A DNA stretch of 62,048 nucleotides, filler included, from Trichosphaerium sp. ATCC 40318 (lineage: Eukaryota > Protista > Tubulinea), in assembly GCA_038496445.1 (NCBI GenBank). It is 3 parts of 3 records of this genome, joined end to end, with 100 filler letters (N's around TTAATTAATTAA, not from the genome) between each part and the next. Parts side by side here need not be neighbours in the genome. Positions count along the whole stretch, not along the records: positions 1 to 23,099 come from JALMLS010000172.1; positions 23,200 to 51,997 come from JALMLS010000429.1; 1 more part is not named here. One strand, given 5' to 3'. The notes under the pieces were generated by a model, which saw only the letters and a list, made by a program, of their open reading frames with translations, did no database searches and was not told where the DNA came from. The translations under genes and the position numbers were made by a program. This document shows positions 13,974 through 26,858 of this stretch, piece after piece. The stretch's first letter is position 1, and the number at the start of each line of letters is the position of its first letter.

Positions 13974-15426
13974 ATACAATTTGTTAAATCCAAATAACTA
14001 GAATAAGTTTACTTTATTTTATATAAAATACACTGGTTAGAGATCCAAAAAGTATGGTTTTATTTTTCAAAAAGTATGGTATTATTTTAAAGTGTGTTGA
14101 TAACTATTCAAAGGCTAATCCACGTCTTTTAATACAAGAGCATCGGCAGTGCAATCTGCTCCATGGCTTACAAGAGATGTGGCACTACAATGGCCTACCG
14201 AGACAGACGGGCAGTTATGACAACAATAGTCGCGAGGGGGAGTTCAAAATTTGGTATGAGCATGGCCAACTTAACGAGCAGTGTCACTACGTAAATCATA
14301 AACGCGAGGGCGACTATAAATCGTGGCATGCGAATGGCAACTTGAGCGAGCAATGTCATTATGTAAATGATAAACGCGAAGGCGAGCGCAAAACTTGGTT
14401 TGATAGTGAGGATGGTGATCTATGGACGATATCCAATTACTCCAACGGCGTGTATGATGGAGAGTACAAAGAGTGGCACCTAAATCGTAAGCTTGAAGTG
14501 CATTGCTATTACAAAGCGGGAAATCTACAAGGGGAAAGCAAAAAGTGGTACAATGATGGTCAACTACAGGAGCATTGTTACTACTCAAACAATGTACACG
14601 TGGGTGAATACAAACGTTGGTACATTAATGGCCAAATGGAGGAGCATAGCGTCTATAAAAACGGACAACGAGAAGGAGATTATACAATTTGGTACAGAAA
14701 TGGCCAGAACAGAGTTATGTCATTGCCTAAATGATACAACCAGCACACGCATTTCTTGGCATTCCAACGGCCAGACAGAGGAGCGATACACGTTAGTGAA
14801 CGGTATGAAGCATGGAGAGTACCAAAGGTGGTTTTCCAATGGCCGCTTGAATGAGGTTAGTAGCTACGAAAATGGGGAAAAAGAAGGAGAGTACAAAAGC
14901 TGGGACTACAATGGCCAATTGCGTGAGCATGGCGATTATGTAGCTGGTGAACGAGAATATTACAAGAGTTGGTACAGCAATGGCCAATTGGAAGAGCATG
15001 AGTTTAATGGGGAGACAAAAATATGGTTTAAAAGTGGTCAATTGATGGAGAATTACATTCACGCCAATGATGAGTATGATGTAGAGTACAAAAGGTGGTA
15101 TGAAAATGCGCAATTGCAAGAGCATGGTCATTACGTAAATGGTGAGTATCACGGAGAGTGGAAAAAGTGGTGGGCCAATGGTAATAAATATTCAGTGTAT
15201 AATTATATCAATGGCAAGCGTGAGGGAAAGTGCACACTATGGTTTAGTGATGGCAGAACAGAAAAGGAGATGTATTACAAAAATGACATTCTCCACTGCG
15301 CAAAGTAATACTGCTCAATTCGATTGGCCTTTTGTACAATATTTACCTTAATAAAATATGGATTTTGTTGCTTTATTGTATTTGTGAGGCAAGTGCTTAA
15401 AAATTCTAAGTTGGAAAGTAATGCTG

Positions 15427-16997
15427 CTAGAGGTAAGGTATACCTATACGGCACAGTCCCAAAGAGTATTCTATAAAACAATCACGATAGTCAACACGGC
15501 TAATACATGCTCTTCTAAGACGACGATCAGTATCCCTAGAAAATCTAGGAGTGGAGGTAGACTTTTCAACATATCGAAGGCCTTTTAGTGATAGAAAAGC
15601 ATCGTTAGTAATATGATCACAGTTTTTAAGACCAATTATATAAACACCTGACAACGCTTTTACTCCTTCGTCTGTAATTGAAGTACCATCAAGATTAATG
15701 GCATGCACCCCTACAAGTGCTTTGATGCCTTCATCTGTCACTCTAGTACGAGCAAGATCAATAGCATGAACACCTGCAAGTGCTTTTATACCTTCATCTG
15801 TCACCAAAGTATCTCCAAGGTGAATTGTATGAACCCCTGCGAGTGCTTTTACACCTTCATCTGTAACTGAAGTATTATTGTTAAGGAAAATGGTATGAAC
15901 ACCTGCGAGTGCTTTGACTCCTTCATCTCCTACTGAAGTATTTCTAAGGAAAACAATATGAGCACCTCTCAATGCTTTAATACCTTCACTGGTCACTGAA
16001 GTTCTATCGAGGTAAATGGTATGTACTCCTCCAAGCTCTTTTAAACCTTCATCTGTGACATGAGTGCCAGTGAGTTTAATAGTATGAACACCCTTTAATG
16101 ACTTGATGCCTTCATCTGTCACGTTATTGCAGTTTAAAAGATCAATTGTATGAACTCCTGCAAGGGCTTTGATTCCTTCATCTGTCACCAATGTGGAAGT
16201 AAGATCAATTGCATGTACACCTTTTAGTGCCTTGAGGCCACTGTCTGTGATATTGATACAACGATAAAGAGAAATAGAATGTACTCCTGCAAGTGATTTA
16301 AGATCACAATCATTGATAACTCCATATTTTACATTATATAACTCTGGGTTTCTTTTGAACGAAGTATCAATGTATTTACATCCAGATAACAATGAATATA
16401 ATGTATTGTTTTCAACATTCATCACAATGACGCTATTTTTCATGATACCTTTGTACTGTCTGACCTTTAAGATGTCTGGGATATCGTAAATATAGACTCT
16501 TTCATATCCAACAACCTGATGGATGATATCAGCCATCAAACGACATGACTGAGCAACAGCAAATCTTGATTTCGCATCTGTATGACTTAAAATCGTAGAT
16601 ATAACTTCTGGTGGGAAATTGATGATGTTCACTACTTTATGTGAACTTGTTTGTGTTCTTTTAAACTGTTAGCACAAACTATTTACAGTTTCAAAACGCA
16701 CTTTCTCTTTTGCTTGTGTTTTGGTAGCGATAGGTCGTCGAAATGTGTCACAGGTATAATAGTTGCATTGTTGGAATGTACTGGAGGCTGTTTGGATGAG
16801 ATAGCGCTTGTATCAATACTTTTAGAGAGATATTGGTCGAGTTGGTGTAAAAGGTTCTTGTTTGCAATGTTTAAGATATTTTCAAGCTGGTTTATGAACA
16901 CTTTGCGTTGTTTTGTGGTGATTTTACTAAACTGATCTTTGTGGCTGTTGTGATAGTACGTGATTGCTTGATCTACTGAAATACCTGGTAAGCTCAT
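15427..16997 (-). CDS. F-box + LRR protein with probable 5' exon (MSLPGISV...)
   Basis: FPPEVISTIL F-box and a long run of LAGVHTIxL...VTDEGIKA repeats. The upstream ORF can splice in frame via GTGCGT...TTTAAAAG. Confidence 0.82.
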
Positions 16998-17646
16998 CGT
17001 TTGAGGTGTTTGATTGTTAAAAGAAGAAAGTACAAAAATAGAAATCAAGTTCGCTGTTAAGTACAGTTACATCTTGATAAAAGTAAAACCACTGTAACCT
17101 ACCCTACAATGTACGCCAAGCAAAATATTGCAGTGTTGGTCTACGAAGTGTAACTGTCGCCAAGCCACATTTTTACAAACTAGTTGAGTCTTTTTCCTTG
17201 CACATAAATGCGTTAGTAGGGACTCGCAACTACAGTCAAGAGACTCATTGTATCTAAGTACATGACAATATTGTGACACTTGCAACTCAGTCAGCGACTC
17301 ATTATATCTAAGGGGAATGTTATAACACGGAAGTGTAAAGATGACTAGTTCGAATCTACAAATTGCTCTAATTCATTCCAGTCGCGTGGATAACGTCTGT
17401 TTAGGCGATTTGATCCACTATTAGCTGTTTTTTGTCACAATAAAATGACCGTTGGAAAATTTTTTTGTTTGACGAGAAAAACGAAAGTCTACAAATTTCG
17501 TTGTCAAATACTCGATCAACTGTATTTCGCGGTAGTCCACGCGTAATCACAAGTACGTTTCATTCGCGTTATCTAAACTCAATTATTTAATTTTCGATTG
17601 CTTTTTTTTCAAAACAGTGCTTAAACGATTCTCTTATACTCAATAG

Positions 17647-20600
17647 TGGCGGGAATACCAAGCGAAGAGCTCTTTGGAGATTTCCTACAAAAAGGTTTTG
17701 TAGACAAGACAGCCGTACTTACATACGAACCAAAGGAGAAAAAGGATGGTATTAAGGTATGTTTACCATTGGTTTTGTGTTTTGCAAGTTGCTTTTTTCC
17801 TTACCACTTATTACGTATTTAGTTTCTAGTTGATGGACCAAAACACGAAGAACCAGAGGTTTTTGATAACGGCGATGGTTCTTGGGATATCGGTACGTAA
17901 TATGCCTTTTTTGGTTAATGTTGTCCCAATTGCAATATAAAACGCAAACAAACAAACCTTATTTACGGAAATGTAGAGTGGACGCCAAAAGAGGCTGGAG
18001 ACTTCTCAATCGTGGTAGTTGCAGATGGTGAAACAATCCCTGGTTGCCCGTTTATTTGTTCTGTCGCAGCTTGTACGCGACACAAATCCTTCAACGTAAC
18101 ACGAGCTTTCTGACTTTTTTTCTCCATAGCTGAAGAAGAAGCAATTGCAAATCAAGGCGCTCTATCTGTAACAACAAAAGCATCCATTTTTGGGCCTGGC
18201 ACGTGGGGAGAGAGTTTGACTGGCGATGGAGAAGCTCAATCTATCACTCTAGTACCACAGACAGCAGACGGTACAGTGTTTATAAATCAAGGCTTCTTGC
18301 TAATAAAAAAATAGGTGAAGCGATTTCATTGCAAGAAAAAGACTTAAACGTACTTATTACAGGACCAGAAGGTGTATCTACAGAGGTATTCGATAACGGT
18401 GATGACTCATGGGACGTTGAGTTTGAGGTACTTCAAAATTAATCAAACAGTCTCTACTCATCTAACAATATTGCAAAGGCACCAAAGACAGAAGGCACAT
18501 ACAATCTTGTTTGCACATATCAAGGGAAGCCTTTATACGATCCAATACCTCTTGCTATTGGACCATCCAAACCTGCACCATCAGACAAGTTGTATTGTTT
18601 AATTGAAGGAAACAATCCCATTCATGATATTGATCGCGTTGCGTACACGATCACATTCAAAGAAGAAGTAAAGGAAGAAGATATTTCAGTAACACTAGCA
18701 GCAGGTTCGTTCACTTTTTCTTTTTTTATTTGCTGAATACTCGTGTTGTTTACATGTTACCCCCTAGGCGACATTAAAGTCATTGTTGAGCTTTATCCTA
18801 TTGAAGCAGAAGACTTGGATGATGGCGTTGCAGCAGCTTATGATGTAGAGTTTGAACTAAAGGAAGAAGGATCGTATACCATGGATTTTGTAGTTCGCGG
18901 TGAAACAGTTGATGGATCTCCAATTAAGTTCGTCACCAAAGGTTACAAAGAAAACGCTAAAGAGTAAGTAATTACGAAATTAACAAGTACTAAGAGTATT
19001 ATAGAGCAAAACCTGAAGTAGTAACGCCAGAGGTTGATGCTAAAGCAGAAGAAACAGCAGATGAAGAATCTGCTCCTGTTGAAGAAAACGTAGCAGAGGA
19101 AGAAGATGAGGAAGAAAAACGTGCAGAAGCTGAAGCTGAAGCTGCACGTAAAGCAAAAGAAGAGGAAGATCAGAAGGTTGCTGAGGAAGAAGCTGCACGT
19201 AAAGCTGCAGAAGAAGAGGCTGCAAAAAAAGCCGCTGAGGAAGAAGCTGAACAAAAAGCAGAGCAAGAACGCATTGCAAAGGAAGCAGAAGAGGCTGCAC
19301 AGAAGGCTGCAGAGGAAGCACAAAAGAATGAACCTTATCATCCTAACTGCACCATTGAAGGTGACGGTCTTGATGCAGAAAAAATTAAGATAGGAAGTAA
19401 GAAATGGCCTTGCTTTAGTGTCACGTTCAAGAACAAAAACGGTACGATTCCTCAACAGATTCCTCCTTTTAATACTTTTTAAGGCGATGTTGTTAAAGTT
19501 CCAAAGCAATCAATACGAACTAGTGTCGATGGTCCTCTTTCACCTGAAACACGTGTATTTGAGAACGGTAATGGGACATATGATGTTGAGTGGTGCCCAA
19601 AAGTACGATCTTGTGGATTTTTCTGTTTTGCTCTTATCTAAATGGTTTATTAGTGCCCTGGTAAACACTCTGTATTTGTACAATGGGGTGGCAAGAATGT
19701 TGGCGATAGCCCATTTGAGATTGAAGTCATTGATTGGCTAAAACGAAAGCTAGAAGAACAGAAAAAAAAGGAAGCAGAAGAGGCCGAACAAAAGGCCGCT
19801 GAGGAAGAGGCTGCACGTAAAGCCGCTGAAGAAGAAGCTGCTAAAAAAGCTGCTGAGGAAGAAGCAGCAAAAAAAGCTGCTGAAGAAGAAGCAGCTCGTA
19901 AAGCTGAGGAGGAAGAAGCTGCCAAAAAGGCCGCTGAGGAAGAGGCTACACGTAAAGCCGCTGAAGAAGAAGCTGCTAAAAAAGCTGCTGAAGAAGAAGC
20001 TGCACGTAAGGCTGCAGAAGAAGAGGAAGCAAAGAAAGCACGAAAAGCAGAAGAAGAGGCTGCCAACAAAGCTGCTGAGGAAGAAGCTGCACGTAAAGCC
20101 GCTGAAGAAGAAGCAGCAAAAAAAGCTGCTGAAGAAGAAGCTGCTCGTAAAGCTGAGGAGGAAGAAGCTGCACGTAAAGCTGCTGAGGAAGAAGCTGCAC
20201 AAAAAGCAGAACTCCAACGTAAAGAAGAAGCAGAGCAAAAAAAGAAGCAAGAGCTAGAAACTCAAAAGGCTGAAGAAGAGAAGAAACAAGCTGCCGAAGC
20301 AAATAAACCAATAGTATTGGAAACAACAACAAGGTACACCAATCATTTTTTACAAAAGTCCTCGTTAACGCGACTTGTGTAGTGTCCAAGAAACCAAACC
20401 TCAAGAATTTGATAAATTCGTATTAGACGAAGAAATGCACTCAATACAAGAGCGTATTGATTACAACAAACGGGTACCTTTAACCTCTTTTTTTATTTCG
20501 CGTTGTGACCCTAATAAACTCTATAGATGTCACTAAAAGCAACAGCATCTGAGCCAGTAGTGCTAAACACTAAGTTCGTTGGTGGTACGTTTTTTATTTA

Positions 20601-23078
20601 TGTAACAACAAAATATTTGTGGTATTTATTCCTTTTAGCTACTTCAGGAGGCGCCCAACCATCATTCTCCAAACCAGCTGCATCTCCATCACCAGCTGCA
20701 TCGTCACCAAAGCCTGTATTTAGAGCAAAGCTAAAAGGAGCAGCATTAAAGGAGGCTGTACTCAGCCAAACAAACACATTCAAAATATTTGTAACTACGA
20801 ATGGCGCTCCAGTTACACCAGATGCAATAAACACAGCCCAAATCAAAGTGATCCTCACAAACGGCTATGTGAAATCCTATGGTACCTCTCTTATTTCTTT
20901 TGATTTATAGTTTTCGTACCCACAATGTTAGAGAACTAACTCCTTTACAGGTAACGTTGAAGCTGTGGGTAATGGTGAGTTTAATGCTCATTATACCCCA
21001 CAATCAACTGGAACGTACATGCTTCAAGTGGAACTAAAGGGCAAACCAATTTTGGGAAAACAGCTACCTATTAATGTAGTGTTCAAGAGAACAACAGGTA
21101 TATCAGCACCAAGAGTAGCTCAACCTCGTCCAACAGCATCAACTACAACCCCACAATTACAAGCAAGACAAAAAGCATGGGAACAAACAAAGAAACAAAC
21201 TCCAATAAACCCAGCTGATAAGTCTACGCAACAAACAGCACCTACACAACCTACACAACAAGCAAAAGCGTCTACACCTAGTACGTGAAATACTAACGCA
21301 TTACAGGAGTACTAAATCATCGTAGCAAATGAACGCAGCGCTCCTTTCTCTTGCAGAAAGAATGCAAGCATTCCAAAAACCAAAACAAAACCAACCACAA
21401 GCAAAAACCAAGGTACACATAAGCAGCTCATAGGTTTCGTCTGTTTAACACTTCTCCAGGCAAATAACCCTCCACCACCAACATATGGTGGCATTTTTGT
21501 AGCCAGCAAGCCTGGATCATCAACATCAGCAAGTGGAGCAAAACCAAGTACAATTATACCCAAAAAAACAGATACAAAGTGGTGTTAACTCTGTTTTAGT
21601 TGTTTCAAGGATTTCCCCTGAGATTGAAGCAGCTCTTAGAGATCGTGGTGTAACATCTCCTACATTAGGACAACTTGGGTACTATCACAGACAACATTAC
21701 GCCTATCTATGCGCTAATTCATTCAATAAGAAAATACTTGGAAAAACATAACGTTGACTTTGATGCACTACAATTTTACGATCCACAAGAGATCAACGCT
21801 GCATTTAAAGAGGTGAATATAGCACCAAACCAAAGAGCAATGATAATTGGTATCATCAACAAACACTTAAAAGGTAACTCCAAGCGATAAAAGACCACTA
21901 TAAACCTAGCTCATGCCTTTCCTTAGCTGGTAAACCAGCTCCTTCTGCTTCAGCAGAAACACCTACATACAACTCTATCAACAAAGAACCAGCGAAACCA
22001 AAAGCAGCCGCTTCAGCGACTCCTCAACTACCTCCTCCAGTTGACCTCAAATGCAGGATTATTGGTACGTCCAAGACTTTTTTTTGCCATACTAAAGACT
22101 AGTGATTAACGACTACGTTAAGGTATTAAAAGAGAATCAGAACTTGGTGATGGTGTATCATTCACATTAACATTGTCAGATAAAAGTGACACAGCAACAG
22201 ACTTACCTCTGGATGTCATACGTGTATCTGTAACTCTTCCTACTGGTTCTGATGAATCAGGTACGACACTTCTAACACAACAAAATCATCCTATCTTTTT
22301 GTTGTCTTAGTGTTATAACGTTAGTAATTACTCTCTTAGCAAACATTGAACGTGTTGGTGCAGGTCAATACGATGTAACCTATAAACCAGCTAGTTCAGG
22401 AAAGCATTTGATGCAAGTATACCTAAGGTAAGTGTACACAAGCTGGTAAGTTCCGTTTTGTTAATTATTTACTAAGGGATAATCCTACTTTACCTAACCC
22501 ATTCCAAATCACTATTGTCGACTCTAATGTACCAGCAAAAATGCCAGAAACGTGGGACACCGTGATTTGTAATGTCCTTATTCAGAGTAGGTCACAAACG
22601 CGGAATGAAGGAGATACATCTCCAATAACATCAGCACGAAGCACTGATTCTGGTATGACAAACATTTAACTTTTATAGCTTTTTTGTAAGTATACTAAAT
22701 AATGACTGTTATTGTTATAGTCTCTTCTCAAAGTCAAAGAAGCTAAAGAAGCAAAAGAGTGGTAAGAAGCTAAAGAAAGAAGGTACGACTCATTCTCTTT
22801 GGTTTGTTTCTTTTTTGAAATAGACTATTATTGTTATCACGTGGTGTTAACACGTCATTGTTTTAGTGAAAGTCAAGGATAAAAAACAAAAAGACAAAGA
22901 GCCAAAGAAAGAAGCAAAGAAGGAGAAGGAAGGAAAGAAGGATAAAAAGAAGGATTCAAAGGATAAGAAAAAGCCAAAAAAAGATCCAAAGAAAGAAAAG
23001 GAAGCAAAGAGAGAAAAATCAAAGTCACTAAGAAAGAAAAAATCAAAGAAGCATGTTAACAAGGAAGGTATAAATTAA
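17647..23078 (+). CDS. Filamin/ABP120-type Ig-repeat protein with E/A/K-rich helical repeats and K-rich tail (multi-exon, start uncertain, next to gap)
   Basis: Repeated filamin motifs ([52 protein letters not shown]) and AAEEEAARK tandem repeats at 19100-19330 and 19770-20300. Confidence 0.75.
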
Positions 23079-23099
23079 CAAATTTTCACAAAAAAAAAA

Positions 23100-23199
23100 N
23101 NNNNNNNNNNNNNNNNNNNNNNNNNNNNNNNNNNNNNNNNNNNTTAATTAATTAANNNNNNNNNNNNNNNNNNNNNNNNNNNNNNNNNNNNNNNNNNNN
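23100..23199. other. Assembly gap with artificial TTAATTAATTAA linker
   Basis: N run with a central six-frame-stop linker. Confidence 0.97.
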
Positions 23200-24124
23200 G
23201 CTAACCAGGTTGATAGCCGAAAGAATGATGCTAAATAACCATATCTTTTTTTGTGGATACTGTTTATTAACATAAGGTGCATGCTATTGGCTGAAGTCCT
23301 CATGGACGCTGATTATAAAGCTACCAAAATGCTAATCGCATTGGATGGGTAAATAGAAGAAGACTTTTGATCGGTTCTAAGTAGGTGAAAGATAGATTTA
23401 AGTTAACTCACAAATTGCACTTGTGTGTAAACTTTGCGAGCAAAATTTTTGTCTATTTAGACTAAATAAGCCCATGATACTCGGCCATTTAATACGGTAA
23501 CATCAGTTCACATACTAGCATACTAATCAACAAAGTACGGACACAATCATGTGTACATTGGATAAAGAAAAAAACCTAGTTTCCTCATCTAAACAAGCAC
23601 TTGCATGCTTCCTTGAGGTTTTGTTCACTATGTTTTGGTGTGAGAATACTCTCAAATACTGGTGCATATAATACATGAAATTGCAATGCGGTCGTAATTG
23701 GTATATGTCAGCAATATACAAAGGAGCTATGGCAAGGCACTACTAAACGATGTATCTTTCAAGCAACAAGCCACATGATCCAATATCAAACTCTTACTTA
23801 GAAGTGTGTTGTAAACTAAAAGGAGTAGGTTCTAAGTTTATATAGAATCCAAATGATGTGCGACTTAGCTAGCTTTTTTACGAACTTGGCTCATTCTAAA
23901 ATAGGAAATTTCTTGAACGTTTTCATAATCTTAACTACGGTAGTACTGCAAGTATTCGACAAAATGGCTTTGTAGACCCATAATACGGAAAGGAAGTGCG
24001 CTTACCATAAACGAGCAAAATGTACAAAACAAGAAATAGTCAAGCTTTTTAAGATCACTTTTCTAGCTCACCTTTATTTCGTTTAAACAACACGAGTGGC
24101 ATTACCCAGAAGCCTAAACAAACG

Positions 24125-24703
24125 ATGGGCACGTTTAATATCGTCTCAGTACTGTTACTGAGCATTATCGTCTTGTGCAACGCAGTACGGTATAGGCCAG
24201 TACCTAAGGTTACTATGAAGACGTCACAAGACTTTAATTGCAAAGCTTGGTTGATTAAAGGAGACAACATCGTCTACGACGAAACAAACATGTATTCAGA
24301 ATACTCTACAACCTACGACCCACCTAGAGAGAATTTCAGACGAAGAAGCGGAGAAGACCGCGAATTCGTCACAGACAGCGCGGTTGACTTTAGAATTTGC
24401 ACAGACGGTATCGAATGTGATCCAAAGTACACTAGACAGTACGAAGTAAGACGATGGTGGCAACTGGAACGTCTTATTGAAGGAATATTTGATGAGCCGT
24501 TGTTTACTAGTTTCAGAGGCAGTCAAAGAGTTAAGGTGTCTGGAAGTGGTAATGAAGATATGTTCAGGTTCAACCTAGATAACGACGAAACAGTTTGCCA
24601 GTTGTTTGCAGTTAAGAAAGGATGGTTTTCTGGCTTTAAGTTCGAGTATACTCTTTGTCATGTGTGTACTGTTGAAGAAACACAACAGAAACTCTATCAA
24701 TAA
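24125..24703 (+). CDS. Secreted hypothetical protein
   Basis: Intronless 192-aa ORF with hydrophobic signal peptide (IVSVLLLSIIVLCNA) and several Cys. Confidence 0.7.
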   Translation: MGTFNIVSVLLLSIIVLCNAVRYRPVPKVTMKTSQDFNCKAWLIKGDNIVYDETNMYSEYSTTYDPPRENFRRRSGEDREFVTDSAVDFRICTDGIECDPKYTRQYEVRRWWQLERLIEGIFDEPLFTSFRGSQRVKVSGSGNEDMFRFNLDNDETVCQLFAVKKGWFSGFKFEYTLCHVCTVEETQQKLYQ

Positions 24704-25360
24704 ATATCTTAAACCCGTTTAACAATATTGACTGTTTTTATATTGATACCACTATAATACACCTAACCCAACGTTTTAAATGCGGGTTTGTCTATTAAAA
24801 ACGCTTTTGAGATTCGTTGAACGAAAAAAAGAACTAGCAGGCTTTAGCCGCGTAAAAACTACTCCTCATGTACTGAATAACGGGTGAGACATCACCAGTA
24901 ACAAAATAGGTTCAAAAGTAATTTGAAAGTTCTGAAGTTTGGCGAACGATTTGATCATTTGTGTATTTCTATATAAGTCTACAGTGGCGTAAGAGGTTTC
25001 TTACTAGTTGCCACGTTGGCTAGCGCTATTAACTGATGGGAAAAAATATTTCCCTGGTTTTGTGGAACCATAAGTCCCCGTTAATTATAGTCTCGTGTAT
25101 CACGTGATACAAATATCAGAATATTCAAGGATATTACGAATACTTTGTGAGTTTTAATTATCACCTTATCAAGTATAGGCAAAGAATAATGCACCAAAAT
25201 ACGTTTTAACCTTCCTCACGTGTTCCCCGCTCATAATTGAAACCGTGAGACTTGGGGATTTTGTGTATTCACGTGATCTCATCGCATCACTTTCATGAAC
25301 GCATTTATTTGTTAATTAATTCATAAAACAACGAATAACACGCCACGTCTCCGATTCTAC

Positions 25361-26513
25361 AATGTCATCAAAGCGGGTACTATTTAATTCTTTCTATTTA
25401 TAATTGTCTAACTATCATCGCTAGAGTAAATCTGTTCCCTCAATAACATCAAGTGCTCATCGCGGTTGCTACCTATTTAGCCTTCCGGCAGAGATACAGC
25501 TTGATATTTGCGATTTAGATCCCGAAGTCTATTTAAAATGGCCTCTGCTTTCAAAACATGCAGCAATGTCAACACGGTATAACTATGATATGAAAAAGAC
25601 GGGCAAGTGGTTGAAGTATAACCACAGTGGTCAATTGAGAGAACAAGGATATTTCGTCAATGATAAACTACAAGGCGAGATCAAGAAGTGGTACAAGAAC
25701 GGTCAACTAAAGAAGAGTTTTTATGTCAACGGAAAGCAAGAAGGAGAGTTTAAGAAATGGCACAGAAATGGGACCTTAAAAGAACACTGTCATTACATCA
25801 ACGATAAGCGAGAAGGAGAGTATAAAAAGTGGTACAGTAACGGTTCATTACACCGACATACTCGCTTTGCCAATGGCGAACTTGATGGCAAACTCGAGCA
25901 GTGGTATTATAACGGACAAATAGAAGAGACGTGTTTCTTCGTAAAAGGTAAAAAAGAAGGAGAGTACACACGATGGCATTGGGATGGTAAATTGTCAAGG
26001 CAAGGGTATTATATCAACGGTATACGAGATGGTAAACATACAGAGTGGTATAGGAGTGGTCACGTGTTTGAAAGGAATTATCATAATGGTAAACTTGAAG
26101 GAGAGAAAATATGCTACTACAGTAATGGTCAAATTAAAGAGCATTGCAATTACGTTAATGGCAAAATAGAAGGAGAGAAAAAGACTTGGTATTTCAATGG
26201 TCAGTTGATGAGCACGTGTTCTTATGTCAAAGGTAGAATAGAAGGAACTCAAACATGCTATTATTATCACGGTAGAGTAATGAGTCGATCTAATTTTGTC
26301 AAGAGTAAGCTTGAAGGAGAGAAGAAGTGGTGGTATGAAAATGGTAACTTGAAAGAAAAGTGTTTTTACGTTGAAGATAAACTACAAGGAAAGAGATATC
26401 TTTGGTATGATAATGGTAAATTGAGATCAAAGTACTATTTTATGAATGGTGTACTTCAAAAGAAGTATAGTAAATCATGGCACAAGCTTTTTATTGATGT
26501 ACTGTTCTATTAA
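25361..26513 (+). CDS. F-box-like + MORN-type repeat protein (short 5' exon MSSKR)
   Basis: GTACT...CTAG intron gives in-frame LPAEIQLDICDLDPEVYLKWPLLSK, then GExKxWYxNGxL repeats. Paralog of 8048-15308. Confidence 0.82.
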
Positions 26514-26858
26514 TATGTAAATAAAAAAGATTATGATATTTGTCATGCCAGTTTTAGTTCATATAGAGCTCGGTTTCACTTTGGCCCATCTCTTGGGAAA
26601 TTATGTAATACATTGTGAGCATGGCATTAATGAATAACAAACATTGCGACTCCATTTTATGACCTCATTATGGTGAACTGATTAGATTGATTTAACCCAT
26701 ACTTCAACAAATGATTTTTCAAGTATGAAACGGGAACTTTTCTACCATTGTCTTGAGAACTTTAATTAAAACCCTCAATGAACAATCACGTGTTTTAGGT
26801 TGTATTGTTTACTACAAAAAAGTTGGATATCAGTTAATGACAAAATTTAATTAAATAT

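Larger units (their letters stand above)
8594..14098 (+). mobile_element. Sola-like DDD DNA transposon, ~50-bp imperfect TIRs, 4-bp TSD GATA
   Basis: Left end AACACACTTTAAAGTAAAACCATACTTTTT; right end AAAAAGTATGGTATTATTTTAAAGTGTGTT. GATA lies at 8590-8593 and 14099-14102, and precise removal restores the host frame. Confidence 0.9.
8048..15308 (+). pseudogene. Tandem F-box-like + MORN-type repeat gene, disrupted by transposon 8594-14098 and by a frameshift near 14710
   Basis: Short exon MEPSTEKK, an intron, then two LPxxLQxxI...KWxLxSK motifs. Removing the element plus one GATA restores ...LLCNYDNYSKANPR in frame, followed by GExKxWYxNGQL repeats. Confidence 0.8.

Noticed and set aside
6696-17048. 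Integrated giant-virus genome segment
   Set aside because: No viral hallmark genes (capsid, PolB, packaging ATPase) are visible. The repeat genes are interleaved with host genes and some have 5' introns.
18943-20404. Long hydrophobic minus-strand ORFs
   Set aside because: Antisense shadows of the AAEEEAARK coding repeats.
23144-23155. TTAATTAATTAA palindrome repeated in both gaps
   Set aside because: Artificial scaffold linker. Adjacency across the gaps is not guaranteed.
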